A stretch of 32,000 nucleotides of DNA from Wolbachia endosymbiont of Cimex lectularius (GCF_000829315.1 NZ_AP013028.1:60001-92000); one strand, 5' to 3'; shown: positions 18,480-28,232, counted from the first letter of the stretch. Made by a program: numbers and translations. Notes: generated by a model not told the origin, from the sequence alone.

Positions 18480-20591
18480 TCACATTTCCAAGATTTTAAA
18501 CAGGTTCTTACTTAATAAGCTTAGTTCATTAACGGCAGAACGTGAATCATTTTGAATATTTGCACAAAATATAAGTCTTCTAGACGCTTCAGGATAATTG
18601 TAGTCCATTAAAAGCATAGCTGAAACTACCAAAAAAGAAATCACTTGAGCAATAAGAGAGTTTGTGAGAGCAAGTGGCAATAAAGATAAAGATATAACGA
18701 TAACGTACCTTGCCATATAATTGAATTTTGCAAAAAATAGCAACTTGGAATGTGAGTTATGTAACTTGCCATAAGAGTTAGTAAACGTTTCTTTATTATA
18801 CACAGTTCTAATATTAAATAATGGATGATCAGTTTTTAGCTTTGGCTCACCGAAACCAAATAAAGTATTAATGTTATGATAATAGGCTTGGCAATTAATA
18901 ATTTCCTGATTGATTTCACATATCCATTTATAAACTTGCTCTAGATCTTCCAATGAGCTATTTTTTATGTTTTTTAGAGAATTACTGAACTCACTTAAGT
19001 TCTTTTTAAAATCAATAATTTTCTTTAACTTGTTACCATTATTGTTATCCTGAGAATATATTATATTTAATATTATTGATAAACATTTTTTTCCTTCTTT
19101 TGTTGATAACAATGAATAGATAGATTTATCCAGTGCTTCAATGTAATTTTCATTTTCAAGAAGACCTACTGCTGTTTCTAGAAGTTTAACTAACCGTTCT
19201 TTTTCACCTGCGTTCTGTAATCCATTTGTTAGCAATTCAAGTGGTTCTTTAAGGGTATATTTTTTCTGTAATTTCTCTACCTTCTCCAATAGCAGCTCAT
19301 CGTGTTTGCTAATGATGCTTGAACACTTTAAAAAACTTTCAAGGCTACAATGCCTGATCACATAAGCATATGCTAACACCTTTTCGTCATCCTTTTCATT
19401 CAAAGTACATGATTTGGCTAAAAAGATTACATAATCAAATGCAAAATTTACATAATAAGCAGCTTTGGTAATTGTAGTTAAAACAAAGAAGAGTACTCTT
19501 TGTAAGAAAAGCGGTTTACCATCGTTTATTATTCTATTTCTATATGAACGAAGATATTCTTCTGTACTTTTGGCAATCTTACGTAAGTCTTTTTCTGTCT
19601 TTTCTACGTCAAAATCATTCATATCATGCACTTTTTCATACGCTTCTTTTATCAAACCATATGAAAAATCTTGCAGATCTTTATCATTAATATTTCCTAA
19701 CGCATCCATATTTTCACTGATGTAGATTTCCATTTTTGCTCCAAGCTCAACTCCCATTCTATTCTTTACCAGCTTACTATATCTGTCAACAGCTGGAAAT
19801 AGAACCTTCTGGCAAAAATATCTTGGTGGGCTTTTTAACTTCGCTAAAACCTTATCCACAAATAGTTCAACTTTTTCACCTGCAACTGCAAAAAACCACG
19901 ACTGTCTACTAATATTGCGTTCCCTATTTCTCCAAAGATTCTGCAAAGCTTCAGCTGGATCGTTAAATTGACTAGCTGAATCCGTAAATATTGATGCAAC
20001 GTGATTATACTCGCTGTCAAAACCACGACCTTTCGATCCATCTACGACTGTTGTCAATGCACATTTAGCTAATGCATTAACGTTTCCTTGCGAATAATCA
20101 CAATATTCAACACTGTCTTTGCCTTTGAATTCATGTATTTTAAAGGGTTCGTCCTTTTCAATACCACTTCTTTTAAGCCCCACAAAAATACACATATTAT
20201 CTTCACAGAAACTGTTGAGACTGTGCAGTGCACCTTCTTTTCTTTCTATAAGGTCATGCATTTCTTTACTTAAATGCCAGTTATCCACTATTAGCTTGCA
20301 TTGTTCATTGTCACATTTACCCAATGCTTCAATCACTGTCTTTATTTGTGGCAGAAGTTTATCTTGAGCAAATTCCTCATCAAAGCCTTTTTTCTTTAGA
20401 AAATCTACAACTTTGCCATCATCTACAACACTAATCTTACCTTTAACGCTTCTAGTCAACCTGCTTAAATCTTCTCTTCTTTGTTTATCTAAAGCGATGT
20501 TATCACACTCCATTAAAAATGAGAGCGTAAGGTCAATCATTAAATGCATTACTCTATATTTTAAGTACTTGTGAGTATCACTAAAGTTCAC
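18480..20591 (-). CDS. Helicase-like C-terminal domain plus long helical/membrane region; 3' end replaced by IS sequence
   Basis: Motif V/VI-like stretch TTVVDGSKGRGFDSEYNHVASIF...ALQNLWRNRERN near the N-terminus; hydrophobic segments VLFFVLTTITKAAYYVNFAFDYVIFLA and YVIVISLSLLPLALTNSLIAQVISFLVVSAMLL. The last 9 codons (KNLFKILEM) lie in or across the IS5 terminus. Confidence 0.65.
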   Translation of the reverse strand: MNFSDTHKYLKYRVMHLMIDLTLSFLMECDNIALDKQRREDLSRLTRSVKGKISVVDDGKVVDFLKKKGFDEEFAQDKLLPQIKTVIEALGKCDNEQCKLIVDNWHLSKEMHDLIERKEGALHSLNSFCEDNMCIFVGLKRSGIEKDEPFKIHEFKGKDSVEYCDYSQGNVNALAKCALTTVVDGSKGRGFDSEYNHVASIFTDSASQFNDPAEALQNLWRNRERNISRQSWFFAVAGEKVELFVDKVLAKLKSPPRYFCQKVLFPAVDRYSKLVKNRMGVELGAKMEIYISENMDALGNINDKDLQDFSYGLIKEAYEKVHDMNDFDVEKTEKDLRKIAKSTEEYLRSYRNRIINDGKPLFLQRVLFFVLTTITKAAYYVNFAFDYVIFLAKSCTLNEKDDEKVLAYAYVIRHCSLESFLKCSSIISKHDELLLEKVEKLQKKYTLKEPLELLTNGLQNAGEKERLVKLLETAVGLLENENYIEALDKSIYSLLSTKEGKKCLSIILNIIYSQDNNNGNKLKKIIDFKKNLSEFSNSLKNIKNSSLEDLEQVYKWICEINQEIINCQAYYHNINTLFGFGEPKLKTDHPLFNIRTVYNKETFTNSYGKLHNSHSKLLFFAKFNYMARYVIVISLSLLPLALTNSLIAQVISFLVVSAMLLMDYNYPEASRRLIFCANIQNDSRSAVNELSLLSKNLFKILEM

Positions 20592-20599
20592 TTTCTCAC

Positions 20600-21964
20600 T
20601 TAACTCGGATATTGTTCCTCTGTTAGATTGGAATATTGCTTTTTAACACAGTTTATAAAATTTGACTGACGCAATTTTAGTCTGTAATCCTTGTACAGCA
20701 TTTTATCAGGCTTACACAAATTATAAATACTATAGCGCGTGTATGTTTTCCCATTTTCATATACTTCATCATCTTTGCCTTGAAATATAGAAATAAGATT
20801 CATTATACTATCTAAATCATATGTCAAAATCAGAGCATTTTCTCCAATTGGACTTTGTATGTTCCACCTTACAGATGTTAATAAATCATCAGTATCAACA
20901 AGTTTGTTGTGGTAAAAGGTTTCTTCGCATTTTTCAATGTATTCATGGGCTGGGCTAGATTTACATTTACTAGATAAGACTTCAAATAAATTAGCGAAAG
21001 CCCTTAAGAACAGTTGCTTTAACTCTACACCAGCAATTTTGCTGAACACCCACATGACTGGCGCCGTTATCATAAAAAAGACAATAACGGAAATTATATA
21101 CTTGGAACTATTAATCAGAAAAAGGTACAGCCTAAGATTTGAAGTGAAACCAATCTGTGCAGCTATTGCAGTAACATGGATATTTATAATAGGAAACAAG
21201 GCAATTGAAGATATGACATAGAGAGCAACACCAGTTGCTAATATTCGACCAAATTTTTCTCCATTGGTTTTTTTTATGATACCAGTTGTTTTTATAGTAT
21301 CTACAATGCAGCATCTACTTGATCTTGCAGGGCTGATAATTTTCCCACATCTGCTTAAGATTCTTCTTTTTGTAGTTGCAGCGAGATAGGTTGTAGGATA
21401 CTTTCTATCAAGCTGACATATATTTTCAAAAGCCTGTTGTTGGCTAATACTATCTGCTTCATCAATACTGATCCACAGTTTAGGTTTTTCACCGCTTTGA
21501 TTTCCAAGTTTTTGACCATCTTTTTGTTGTAAGAGCAAATCATGTGTTATTATAATTGTTGTAGGTTCAGTGTTTTTCAGTAAGTCCTCAATCCCTTGAG
21601 TAGTTTCAGGTGTTTCAATTCTTAAAGAAAATGCGTCACCTATCATTTTTTTAGCTTGATTCACTAAATTATTATTTGGCACTGCAACTAGATGATGAAA
21701 CCCTGCTTGAGCCAATACGTAACTATGCAACCCAATATCGTAAGTCTTGCCAAATCCAGTTTCTGCGTCAATCATAATATTGTAGTTAGTGGTGGAAGGG
21801 CTTTTTAAGTGTTCTAATACTCCCTCAACAACAGGTTTACGACGTCCTACTGTCACAGACTCCTTTGCATTGCCAAATCTTTTAGATTCTCCTTTTAACT
21901 CGCTGTCGATTTTTTCTAGGTTTTTTATAATAACTTGCTTGTCTTGATTGCTGATAGAGCACAT
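20600..21964 (-). CDS. Superfamily-2 helicase-like ATPase (RecA1-type domain) with membrane insertion
   Basis: Walker A MIDAETGFGKTYDIG; VAVPNNNLVNQAKKMI; Walker B/DEAD WISIDEADSI; YLAATTKR; then hydrophobic segments ILATGVALYVISSIALFPIINI and YIISVIVFFMITAPVMWVFS. Confidence 0.7.
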   Translation of the reverse strand: MCSISNQDKQVIIKNLEKIDSELKGESKRFGNAKESVTVGRRKPVVEGVLEHLKSPSTTNYNIMIDAETGFGKTYDIGLHSYVLAQAGFHHLVAVPNNNLVNQAKKMIGDAFSLRIETPETTQGIEDLLKNTEPTTIIITHDLLLQQKDGQKLGNQSGEKPKLWISIDEADSISQQQAFENICQLDRKYPTTYLAATTKRRILSRCGKIISPARSSRCCIVDTIKTTGIIKKTNGEKFGRILATGVALYVISSIALFPIINIHVTAIAAQIGFTSNLRLYLFLINSSKYIISVIVFFMITAPVMWVFSKIAGVELKQLFLRAFANLFEVLSSKCKSSPAHEYIEKCEETFYHNKLVDTDDLLTSVRWNIQSPIGENALILTYDLDSIMNLISIFQGKDDEVYENGKTYTRYSIYNLCKPDKMLYKDYRLKLRQSNFINCVKKQYSNLTEEQYPS

Positions 21965-22196
21965 TAAATAACCTCAACGTAATTCACACTATTGGTATAT
22001 ACAAGCTGATAAAATTGTCAATAACATTAGACATAATGTTATTGCTATTGAATGATGGAGAGACATACTCCATTATTTTGGCACGAAGTAACAAATTCAA
22101 TAAATTGTATGGCCCCTGTGTAATGGGAATTGGTATTAATAGTTGCAGTTTATGTCTCTCAGTGATAAAATGATGATCTGTGTATAATTTAATATT

Positions 22197-22982
22197 ATGA
22201 TTAGCTTACTGTTTGTTGTGCTGTTGTTTTTTTGTGGTGGTGATGCACTTGCAAAACAGGAACCACGTCCAATAGCTGCAGACAGTCACATAAAGGTCAT
22301 CAATTATAATCCACAGGCTATACATAAGTACACAGGTTTTTATGGTTACCAGTCGAGCATATTATTTGAGCCAGGTGAAGAAATAAAGAACCTTTCAATG
22401 GGTGATCCAACTGGTTGGCAGCTCGTTCCTCAAGGTAACAGGTTATTTATCAAACCTATAGATGATATCGCTGACACTAACGCAACTGTAATTACTAACA
22501 AAAGAGTTTATTACTTTGAGCTTCATGCTGAGGAAGCAACTGGATTGGATGATCCAAGATTAGCGTATGAAGTGAGGTTTCTTTATCCACTATTCAATAG
22601 TGATGAAATTTACACAACCAACAACGGTGATATCCTCGAGCAAGCTAATCCCAACACTATTCCTGACATAAGTGATATTGAGGTTGTGAAGAAAGGCTTA
22701 AATTTTAATTATTCCATCTCACATGTAAAAGGTAGTGAGTCAATAATACCAATTAAAGTTTTTGATGACGGGAAATTCACATATCTGCAATTCCATAAGA
22801 CAAATTCTGATTTTCCAGCAGTCTTTATGGTTGATTCTGCAGGATATGAATCTCTAGTAAATTTCCGTACAGTTGATGATTATCTTATAATTGAAAGAGT
22901 GGGCTCGGTGTTTACCTTAAGGAACGGATCAAGTACGGTCTGCTTGTTCAATGAAAACATGCCTTTTAAAAAGGGTAAGTAG
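22197..22982 (+). CDS. TrbG/VirB9/CagX-family type IV secretion protein, stand-alone copy
   Basis: Signal-like N-terminus, then HIKVINYNPQAIHKYTGFYGYQSSILFEPGEEIKNLSMGDPTGWQLVPQGNRLFIKPIDD-ADTNATVITNKRVYYFEL; C-terminal PIKVFDDGKFTYLQFHKTNSDFPAVFMVDSAG. Confidence 0.9.
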   Translation: MISLLFVVLLFFCGGDALAKQEPRPIAADSHIKVINYNPQAIHKYTGFYGYQSSILFEPGEEIKNLSMGDPTGWQLVPQGNRLFIKPIDDIADTNATVITNKRVYYFELHAEEATGLDDPRLAYEVRFLYPLFNSDEIYTTNNGDILEQANPNTIPDISDIEVVKKGLNFNYSISHVKGSESIIPIKVFDDGKFTYLQFHKTNSDFPAVFMVDSAGYESLVNFRTVDDYLIIERVGSVFTLRNGSSTVCLFNENMPFKKGK

Positions 22983-23095
22983 CTGTTAAAGGCTATAGTG
23001 CCTCAGATACAGCACTTTCAGCATACACTAATTCAAACGGTTGTCATACCAGCATTTCCATTAGTCTTCAGTGTTGTATACGTTCTTTTCTTTTT

Positions 23096-23461
23096 CTAAC
23101 CTCTCCTGCTCTTCAATACAATATATGCAAGCGGATTAGCTTTAAGTCTTTCGACTCCTATTTCTTCCCCTGTTCCTTCGCAATAACCATAGGTGCCTAA
23201 TTTTATTTTTTCTAACGCCTCCTTAATTTTTTCCTTTTTGTCTTTTCTGTGCTGGATTAATTTTTCGCTTCTACTGTCTTCATCAGAATAATATGCACTA
23301 TCCTCTAGTTCTTGCTTCTCCAGCTCAGTAAGCATCGATTGCAACTTTGAGCTGAAATACTCTAACTGCTTTACGCTCATATATTCTTCGTCTTCTGAAG
23401 GAGTGTAATCTTCTGGTAATTTTATTTTTGGTAACTCTTCCATAACTGTATAACTAGACAA
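23096..23461 (-). CDS. dksA: DksA/TraR-family transcriptional regulator
   Basis: Coiled-coil helices followed by IKLGTYGYCEGTGEEIGVERLKANPLAYIVLKSRR. Confidence 0.85.
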   Translation of the reverse strand: MSSYTVMEELPKIKLPEDYTPSEDEEYMSVKQLEYFSSKLQSMLTELEKQELEDSAYYSDEDSRSEKLIQHRKDKKEKIKEALEKIKLGTYGYCEGTGEEIGVERLKANPLAYIVLKSRRG

Positions 23462-23545
23462 TAAAACCTGTATAATTTGCGAACAAGAAATTATACTACC
23501 TATAAGTAAACACTATAATTTATAATAAACATTTAAAGTCCTGGT

Positions 23546-24193
23546 ATGATCAGCTTAATAAAAAAATTAGCAATATATGATAAGAACTTTACCTATATAA
23601 TATGTGTTTTTACTGTAATGTTAAGCCTATCTTTATTCACACTTGAAAATAACAGTGAACAAGAAGTTATGTTAACATTAACATGGATATGTGCTACATT
23701 TGTTTTACAAATCTCTACAAATAATTTATTTGCTTCTGATTATCACGACGGAATATTAGAGCAAATTTTCATACAGCCGCTTTCTTCTAAGCTTATAATT
23801 ACTTGTAAAATTTTTGCTCACTGGTTATTGTTTGGGTTACCGATTTCAGTGATTTCTTCCATATTCAGCTTTGTAGTTCTTGGTAATAATACTGAACACT
23901 CAATAGTAGTAGGCTTATCTTTATTGCTCAGCACGTTGATAGTAATCAATATTTCAGCTGTTGGAAATGCATTAATGATTGGTCGAAACAACTTAGTATC
24001 GGGAATGTCACAAATTCTTGTTTTGCCAATTATAATGCCGATTTTTATATACTTTAAATTATTAGTTCAACTTGAAAGTTTATCCTTGAATATTCACACG
24101 TTGCTTATTACTGCTTTAATTTTTGCTATTCTGATAATCAATAGCATTATAGCTGCTCATATGGCATTAAAATTTGCTGTAGAACAGGATTAG
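23546..24193 (+). CDS. ccmB: Heme exporter protein CcmB
   Basis: About 215-aa polytopic protein; NNLFASDYHDGILEQIFIQPLSSKLIITCKIFAHWLLFGLPISVISSI. Confidence 0.85.
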   Translation: MISLIKKLAIYDKNFTYIICVFTVMLSLSLFTLENNSEQEVMLTLTWICATFVLQISTNNLFASDYHDGILEQIFIQPLSSKLIITCKIFAHWLLFGLPISVISSIFSFVVLGNNTEHSIVVGLSLLLSTLIVINISAVGNALMIGRNNLVSGMSQILVLPIIMPIFIYFKLLVQLESLSLNIHTLLITALIFAILIINSIIAAHMALKFAVEQD

Positions 24194-24205
24194 AAGGCTT
24201 TACCA

Positions 24206-24845
24206 TTATTTGAGATCTTTACCACCGACAAAGTCTAAACCTACTAAATACATTTCCGTAGATTCAGATCTACTTGATTTTGGTTTGAAGTATTTTACTG
24301 TTTTAAATATTTTTTTTAATTCATTGTAAAAATCTTTATCGGACTCTCCTTGAAAAATTTTTACCACGAACTTGCCGCCATGATTTAGGAAGTGCTTTGC
24401 AAAGTTCAATGCTGCTTCGCATAAAAGCATGATTCTGATATGATCCAACGATTTTAACCCACAAGATTCTGGGGCCATGTCAGATAAAATTACATCGAAT
24501 TTTTGGTCTTTAAATCTTTCCCTTAAAATTTCAAGCTCATTTATATCGCATTGTATATATTCTACTCCAGCAATTGTATTTACTGGTTTTATGTCAATGG
24601 CAACCACATTTGCTCCTTTCTGAGATGCAACTTGTGACCATCCACCTGGAGAAGCACCAAGATCAATGGCTTTTTGCTCTTTTTGGAACAATTTAAACTT
24701 ATTATCTATTTCTATCAACTTATATGCCGAACGTGATCTGTAACCATCCTTATTGGTTTTTTGTACGTACTTGTCATTTAAATGACGGTGCAGCCACCTG
24801 GTTGAAGATAGTTTTCTGCCTTTGGCTGTTTTTACTCTAGTTTTT
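24206..24845 (-). CDS. rlmE: 23S rRNA (uridine-2'-O-)-methyltransferase RlmE/FtsJ; ORF track shows only 24206-24718, start codon uncertain
   Basis: LGASPGGWSQVASQKGANVVAIDIKPV...FDVILSDMAPESCG; the open frame extends upstream as VKTAKGRKLSSTRWLHRHLNDKYVQKTNKDGYRSRSAYKLIEIDNKF, typical of the family N-terminus. Confidence 0.88.
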
Positions 24846-24866
24846 ATTGTTAATACCCTACAAGAA

Positions 24867-25451
24867 TCACTTATTATTGATTATGTCTTTTAGCTCTTTT
24901 TCAACCACTTCTTTCACCAGTGTATGAAGATACTTATTTAGCCATTCCGACAACTGAGGTTTTAAAAGAGATGTGACTAATTCTTCAACAGTAAGACTTG
25001 CTCTTTTTTGTTGCTTATGCTGTAGTTCACTTTGCATTCTTTCAAGTAGCTCTTTGATCTCTTCCATATTCTCTTTTAAGATTAGATGGTCATTGTTTTG
25101 CGTTTGTGGGCTACTGTTATCCACTTTTTTATTGCTCATTTGGGTATTATGCTGCAAGCGAACCTCTTCTTCCCCTAGATTGTGACTATGAATATTAAAT
25201 TTGATATTATCGAAAACCATTTCCTTATCCTGACTGCTGTTGTTGATGTCTTTTTTTTCATTATCCTCTTCTTTACTATCTTCTTCTGAATCTTCCAAGT
25301 ATTCTTCTTCAAGATACAGCACATCATCATCTTCTTTCTCCTTCTCCCTCTCTATTTCCACTTTATCACCACTGGCGTTTTTGCCCGATATGGCTTTTTT
25401 TATGTCTTCTAGAATATCTTTTACAGATTGATTGCTTTGTCCATCATTCAT
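24867..25451 (-). CDS. PopZ-like (DUF2497) polar organizing protein
   Basis: Acidic low-complexity middle, C-terminal VEELVTSLLKPQLSEWLNKYLHTLVKEVVEKELKDII, N-terminal SVKDILEDIKKAISG. Confidence 0.75.
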   Translation of the reverse strand: MNDGQSNQSVKDILEDIKKAISGKNASGDKVEIEREKEKEDDDVLYLEEEYLEDSEEDSKEEDNEKKDINNSSQDKEMVFDNIKFNIHSHNLGEEEVRLQHNTQMSNKKVDNSSPQTQNNDHLILKENMEEIKELLERMQSELQHKQQKRASLTVEELVTSLLKPQLSEWLNKYLHTLVKEVVEKELKDIINNK

Positions 25452-25470
25452 AACGCTAATACCATTAAAT

Positions 25471-26724
25471 TTAGAGATTTATACCATTTATCATAAAAAG
25501 CAAATTATAAACACTAATTACATAATTGCTTTTTGCTTCAACCAAGTCCGAACGTGCTTTGAATAGTGCATCTTCAGTATCCAAAAGTTCAGTTGTGCTT
25601 TTCAAATTTAAGTGGACTTCTTGCTCAACTCCTTCCAACGCTAAAGCTGCTGCTTTTTCGGCCTCTTGACCTGCTTTAATAACAGCCTTTGTTGTTAGAA
25701 CGTTATTCCAAGCATTCACAACCTCTTTTTCTATATTTTTTACTGTTTCATAATAATCATAGGTGGATTTTTTTGCATCCATTTTAGCTTTGCCGATACC
25801 AAAAGCATTGATTCCTCTTTTAAAAATTGGAATATCGAGAATGAAAGCAATATTGACGTTTCCTAACACTTTCTCGAGAGAAGCGTTTTCTCCGTTTCTC
25901 CGATCAAGATCTGTACTTGCACTGAGATTCAAAGAGGGCAACCAGTTGGAAGTTTCAGCAATCACTTCCATTTTAGCTGCTCTTTTTTGATAAACCGCTG
26001 CTTTTAGAGATAGATTATTGGTTTTTGCCAATTGTAAGCACTCATTTAGCTTCGGAACGGAAGGTAATTGATCATTGGCTTCAGAGAGTTCATCAGGATC
26101 CTCGCCAATTAAGTGAAAGTAAGCAATGTTTGCCAATTTTAATTTACCTTCAGCATCAACTCTTTCTGATACTGAAGATGAAAATTTCGCTTTCGCTAGT
26201 AAAACCTCAGCGTTGGTAACCTCTCCAAGAGAAAGGCGTTTTTTCATTGCTGACAAGTGCTCCAAAGAAACGCGTTCTTTGTGCTCTCTCAATTTTAATA
26301 TTTCTGTCCTGCGTAGAACGTCAACGTACACTTTCACGGCGTTAAGCGCAATCTCTTGTTTTAACTGTTGAAATCGCATCTTTTCTGTCTTGAGAAGATG
26401 ACTTGATCGGCTGAATGTGGCAAAAGTACCACCTCCATCTATTATTCTTTGATTTAATGTCAAGCTCCTTCCAAGACCAAGTCTGCCACCGGTCTTATCA
26501 TCAAAATCAAATTTTTCGTTAAATCTATATTGCAAATTAATCTCAGGTAAGAACCCAGCTAACCCCGAAGATTTTAGCTGTTTTTCTGCGCTTTTGTATT
26601 GATAGAATTGAGATTTCAATTTTGAACTATTTTTAATAGCTTTATTTATAACTTCTTCAAGATCGATTGCGTAACAACTTATAGCACTAAAAATGGTCGC
26701 AAGCGTAATAATCAACCGAAACAT
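25471..26724 (-). CDS. tolC: TolC-family outer membrane protein
   Basis: Signal peptide; GFLPEINLQYRF...LTLNQRIIDGG...FLDIPIFKRGINAF; ELLDTEDALFKARSDLVEAKSNYVISVYNLL. Confidence 0.9.
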   Translation of the reverse strand: MFRLIITLATIFSAISCYAIDLEEVINKAIKNSSKLKSQFYQYKSAEKQLKSSGLAGFLPEINLQYRFNEKFDFDDKTGGRLGLGRSLTLNQRIIDGGGTFATFSRSSHLLKTEKMRFQQLKQEIALNAVKVYVDVLRRTEILKLREHKERVSLEHLSAMKKRLSLGEVTNAEVLLAKAKFSSSVSERVDAEGKLKLANIAYFHLIGEDPDELSEANDQLPSVPKLNECLQLAKTNNLSLKAAVYQKRAAKMEVIAETSNWLPSLNLSASTDLDRRNGENASLEKVLGNVNIAFILDIPIFKRGINAFGIGKAKMDAKKSTYDYYETVKNIEKEVVNAWNNVLTTKAVIKAGQEAEKAAALALEGVEQEVHLNLKSTTELLDTEDALFKARSDLVEAKSNYVISVYNLLFMINGINL

Positions 26725-26853
26725 TCTACTCCTATATACATTAGTCGCACACAGCTAAGTTACTAGCACAAATTGCTTTAATAATCAATAACTAATGTTG
26801 TTGACACTATTTAGAAATTAAGTGTATCATAGCTTACTATTGTATAATTTTAG

Positions 26854-27315
26854 ATGATGAAAACTTTTTTCTTAAAAGAAAAACAAATCGATAAAAAATG
26901 GTTTGTCATAGATGCAGAAGGGTTAGTAGTAGGGAGACTTGCAGCATTTGTAGCGACGCTATTGCGTGGAAAACATAAACCTGAGTATACACCTCATATG
27001 GATTGTGGTGATAATGTAATTATCATCAATGCAGAAAAGGTGCATTTTACTGGAAAGAAACTTAAGGAGAAAATTTACTATAAGCATACAGGTTACCCTG
27101 GTGGGTTGAAAAGAACTACTCCAGATAATATTTTAAATGGTAAGTTTCCTGAGCGTGTAATAGAAATGGCAGTAAAAAGAATGCTTGATGACGGTCCTAT
27201 GGCACGCAAACGTTTTGGAAATTTATATGTTTATTCTGGCCCAGAGCATAAGCATCAAGGGCAGCAACCTGAAAAGATAGATTTTGCTTCTTTAAATCGT
27301 AAAAATAAAAAATAA
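26854..27315 (+). CDS. rplM: 50S ribosomal protein L13
   Basis: [48 protein letters not shown]...[32 protein letters not shown]. Confidence 0.98.
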   Translation: MMKTFFLKEKQIDKKWFVIDAEGLVVGRLAAFVATLLRGKHKPEYTPHMDCGDNVIIINAEKVHFTGKKLKEKIYYKHTGYPGGLKRTTPDNILNGKFPERVIEMAVKRMLDDGPMARKRFGNLYVYSGPEHKHQGQQPEKIDFASLNRKNKK

Positions 27316-27325
27316 TGGAGTAAAA

Positions 27326-27772
27326 ATGGAAAATTCTGTAACAAATCAACCAGAAAAAACAACTAAACCAATGATTGATTCGCTTGGTCGTTTATATGCT
27401 ACAGGACGAAGGAAGGAGTCTGCAGCAAGAGTGTGGATAAAGCCAGGAAGCGGAAAGTTTAGTGTTAATCAGAAAGACAAGCTACTGGATTACTTTAAAA
27501 GGGAATCAGTGTGCCAAATGGTAAAAATGCCATTTATTGTAACATCTATGCTCGATAAGTATGATGTATTTGCTACGATAAAAGGTGGAGGGCTATCTGG
27601 TCAAGCAGGTGCCTTAGCTCATGGAATAAGCAGAGCTTTAAGTAAAATAAGCCAAGACTTATATTCTATATTGCGCAAAAGGGGGTTCTTAACACGAGAT
27701 TCACGTGTTGTTGAGCGCAAAAAATATGGTCGACACAAGGCTCGTAAGAAGTGTCAATTTTCTAAAAGGTAG
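27326..27772 (+). CDS. rpsI: 30S ribosomal protein S9
   Basis: YATGRRKESAARVWIKPGSGKFSVNQKDK...GGGLSGQAGALAHGISRAL...TRDSRVVERKKYGRHKARKKCQFSKR. Confidence 0.98.
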   Translation: MENSVTNQPEKTTKPMIDSLGRLYATGRRKESAARVWIKPGSGKFSVNQKDKLLDYFKRESVCQMVKMPFIVTSMLDKYDVFATIKGGGLSGQAGALAHGISRALSKISQDLYSILRKRGFLTRDSRVVERKKYGRHKARKKCQFSKR

Positions 27773-27920
27773 TTATTTTTTTTTATGGAGCTTTTTGTTA
27801 AGCGTTATGCAAATATTAAAAAAAGTGTATGATATATTCTATTTTCGCGATAAATTTAGTTGACTATTGATATGAACGTAATATGCTGTTTGTGTGAATT
27901 TTTCAATATTAAGGTAATTT

Positions 27921-28232
27921 ATGAGTAAAGAAGATATAGTAAAACAATTAAAAGAAGATTGTTCTTGTCAGAATATAAATATAACGAAATCTGACTTGGG
28001 CAAGATTCATGATGCGTTTATAAAAATAATAAAAGATGAGCTAGATAGAGAAGGTGAAATACGTCTGCATGGAATAGGTACATTCTCTACTGCTATAAGT
28101 CGGGAGAAACAATGTCGTAATCCTCAGAGTGGTGAGATCATGACTGTCCCTAAAAAGACAAGAGTGAAATTTAAAGTGAGCAAGACTCTTTTAACTGTTT
28201 TGAATGAAAAGGAAAAAGCAGTAGTTAGTTAG
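27921..28232 (+). CDS. HU/IHF-family DNA-binding protein
   Basis: [55 protein letters not shown]. Confidence 0.9.
   Translation: MSKEDIVKQLKEDCSCQNINITKSDLGKIHDAFIKIIKDELDREGEIRLHGIGTFSTAISREKQCRNPQSGEIMTVPKKTRVKFKVSKTLLTVLNEKEKAVVS

Larger units (their letters stand above)
17647..18507 (-). mobile_element. IS5-type insertion sequence, 861 bp
   Basis: Near-terminal inverted repeats AGAACCTGTTTAAAATCTT (17646-17664) and AAGATTTTAAACAGGTTCT (18490-18508), flanking TTA duplication (17644-17646 and 18508-18510), two transposase ORFs. Confidence 0.9.

Noticed and set aside
20937-21221. Plus-strand ORF 20937-21221 and other small ORFs opposite the helicase-like genes
   Set aside because: They overlap the conserved-looking frame on the other strand and have no domain features.
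18480-21964. The long ORF pair as a cytoplasmic-incompatibility (cif-like) operon
   Set aside because: No OTU, Ulp1 or PD-(D/E)XK signatures were seen; the motifs are helicase-like. Calling it a toxin-antidote system would be unsupported.
23096-23461. Loss of DksA zinc-finger cysteines as a novelty
   Set aside because: Only one cysteine is left at the finger, but cysteine-poor DksA proteins are, from general knowledge, common in alphaproteobacteria, so this is not clearly unusual.
24973-25431. Plus-strand Ser-rich ORFs (24973-25185, 25240-25431)
   Set aside because: They are the antisense of the acidic Glu/Asp-rich linker of the PopZ-like gene (GAA/GAT antisense gives Ser/Phe runs).
28225-28232. 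8-bp overlap of convergent HU/IHF and pdxJ genes as a regulatory device
   Set aside because: Short convergent 3' overlaps are common and nothing else supports regulation.
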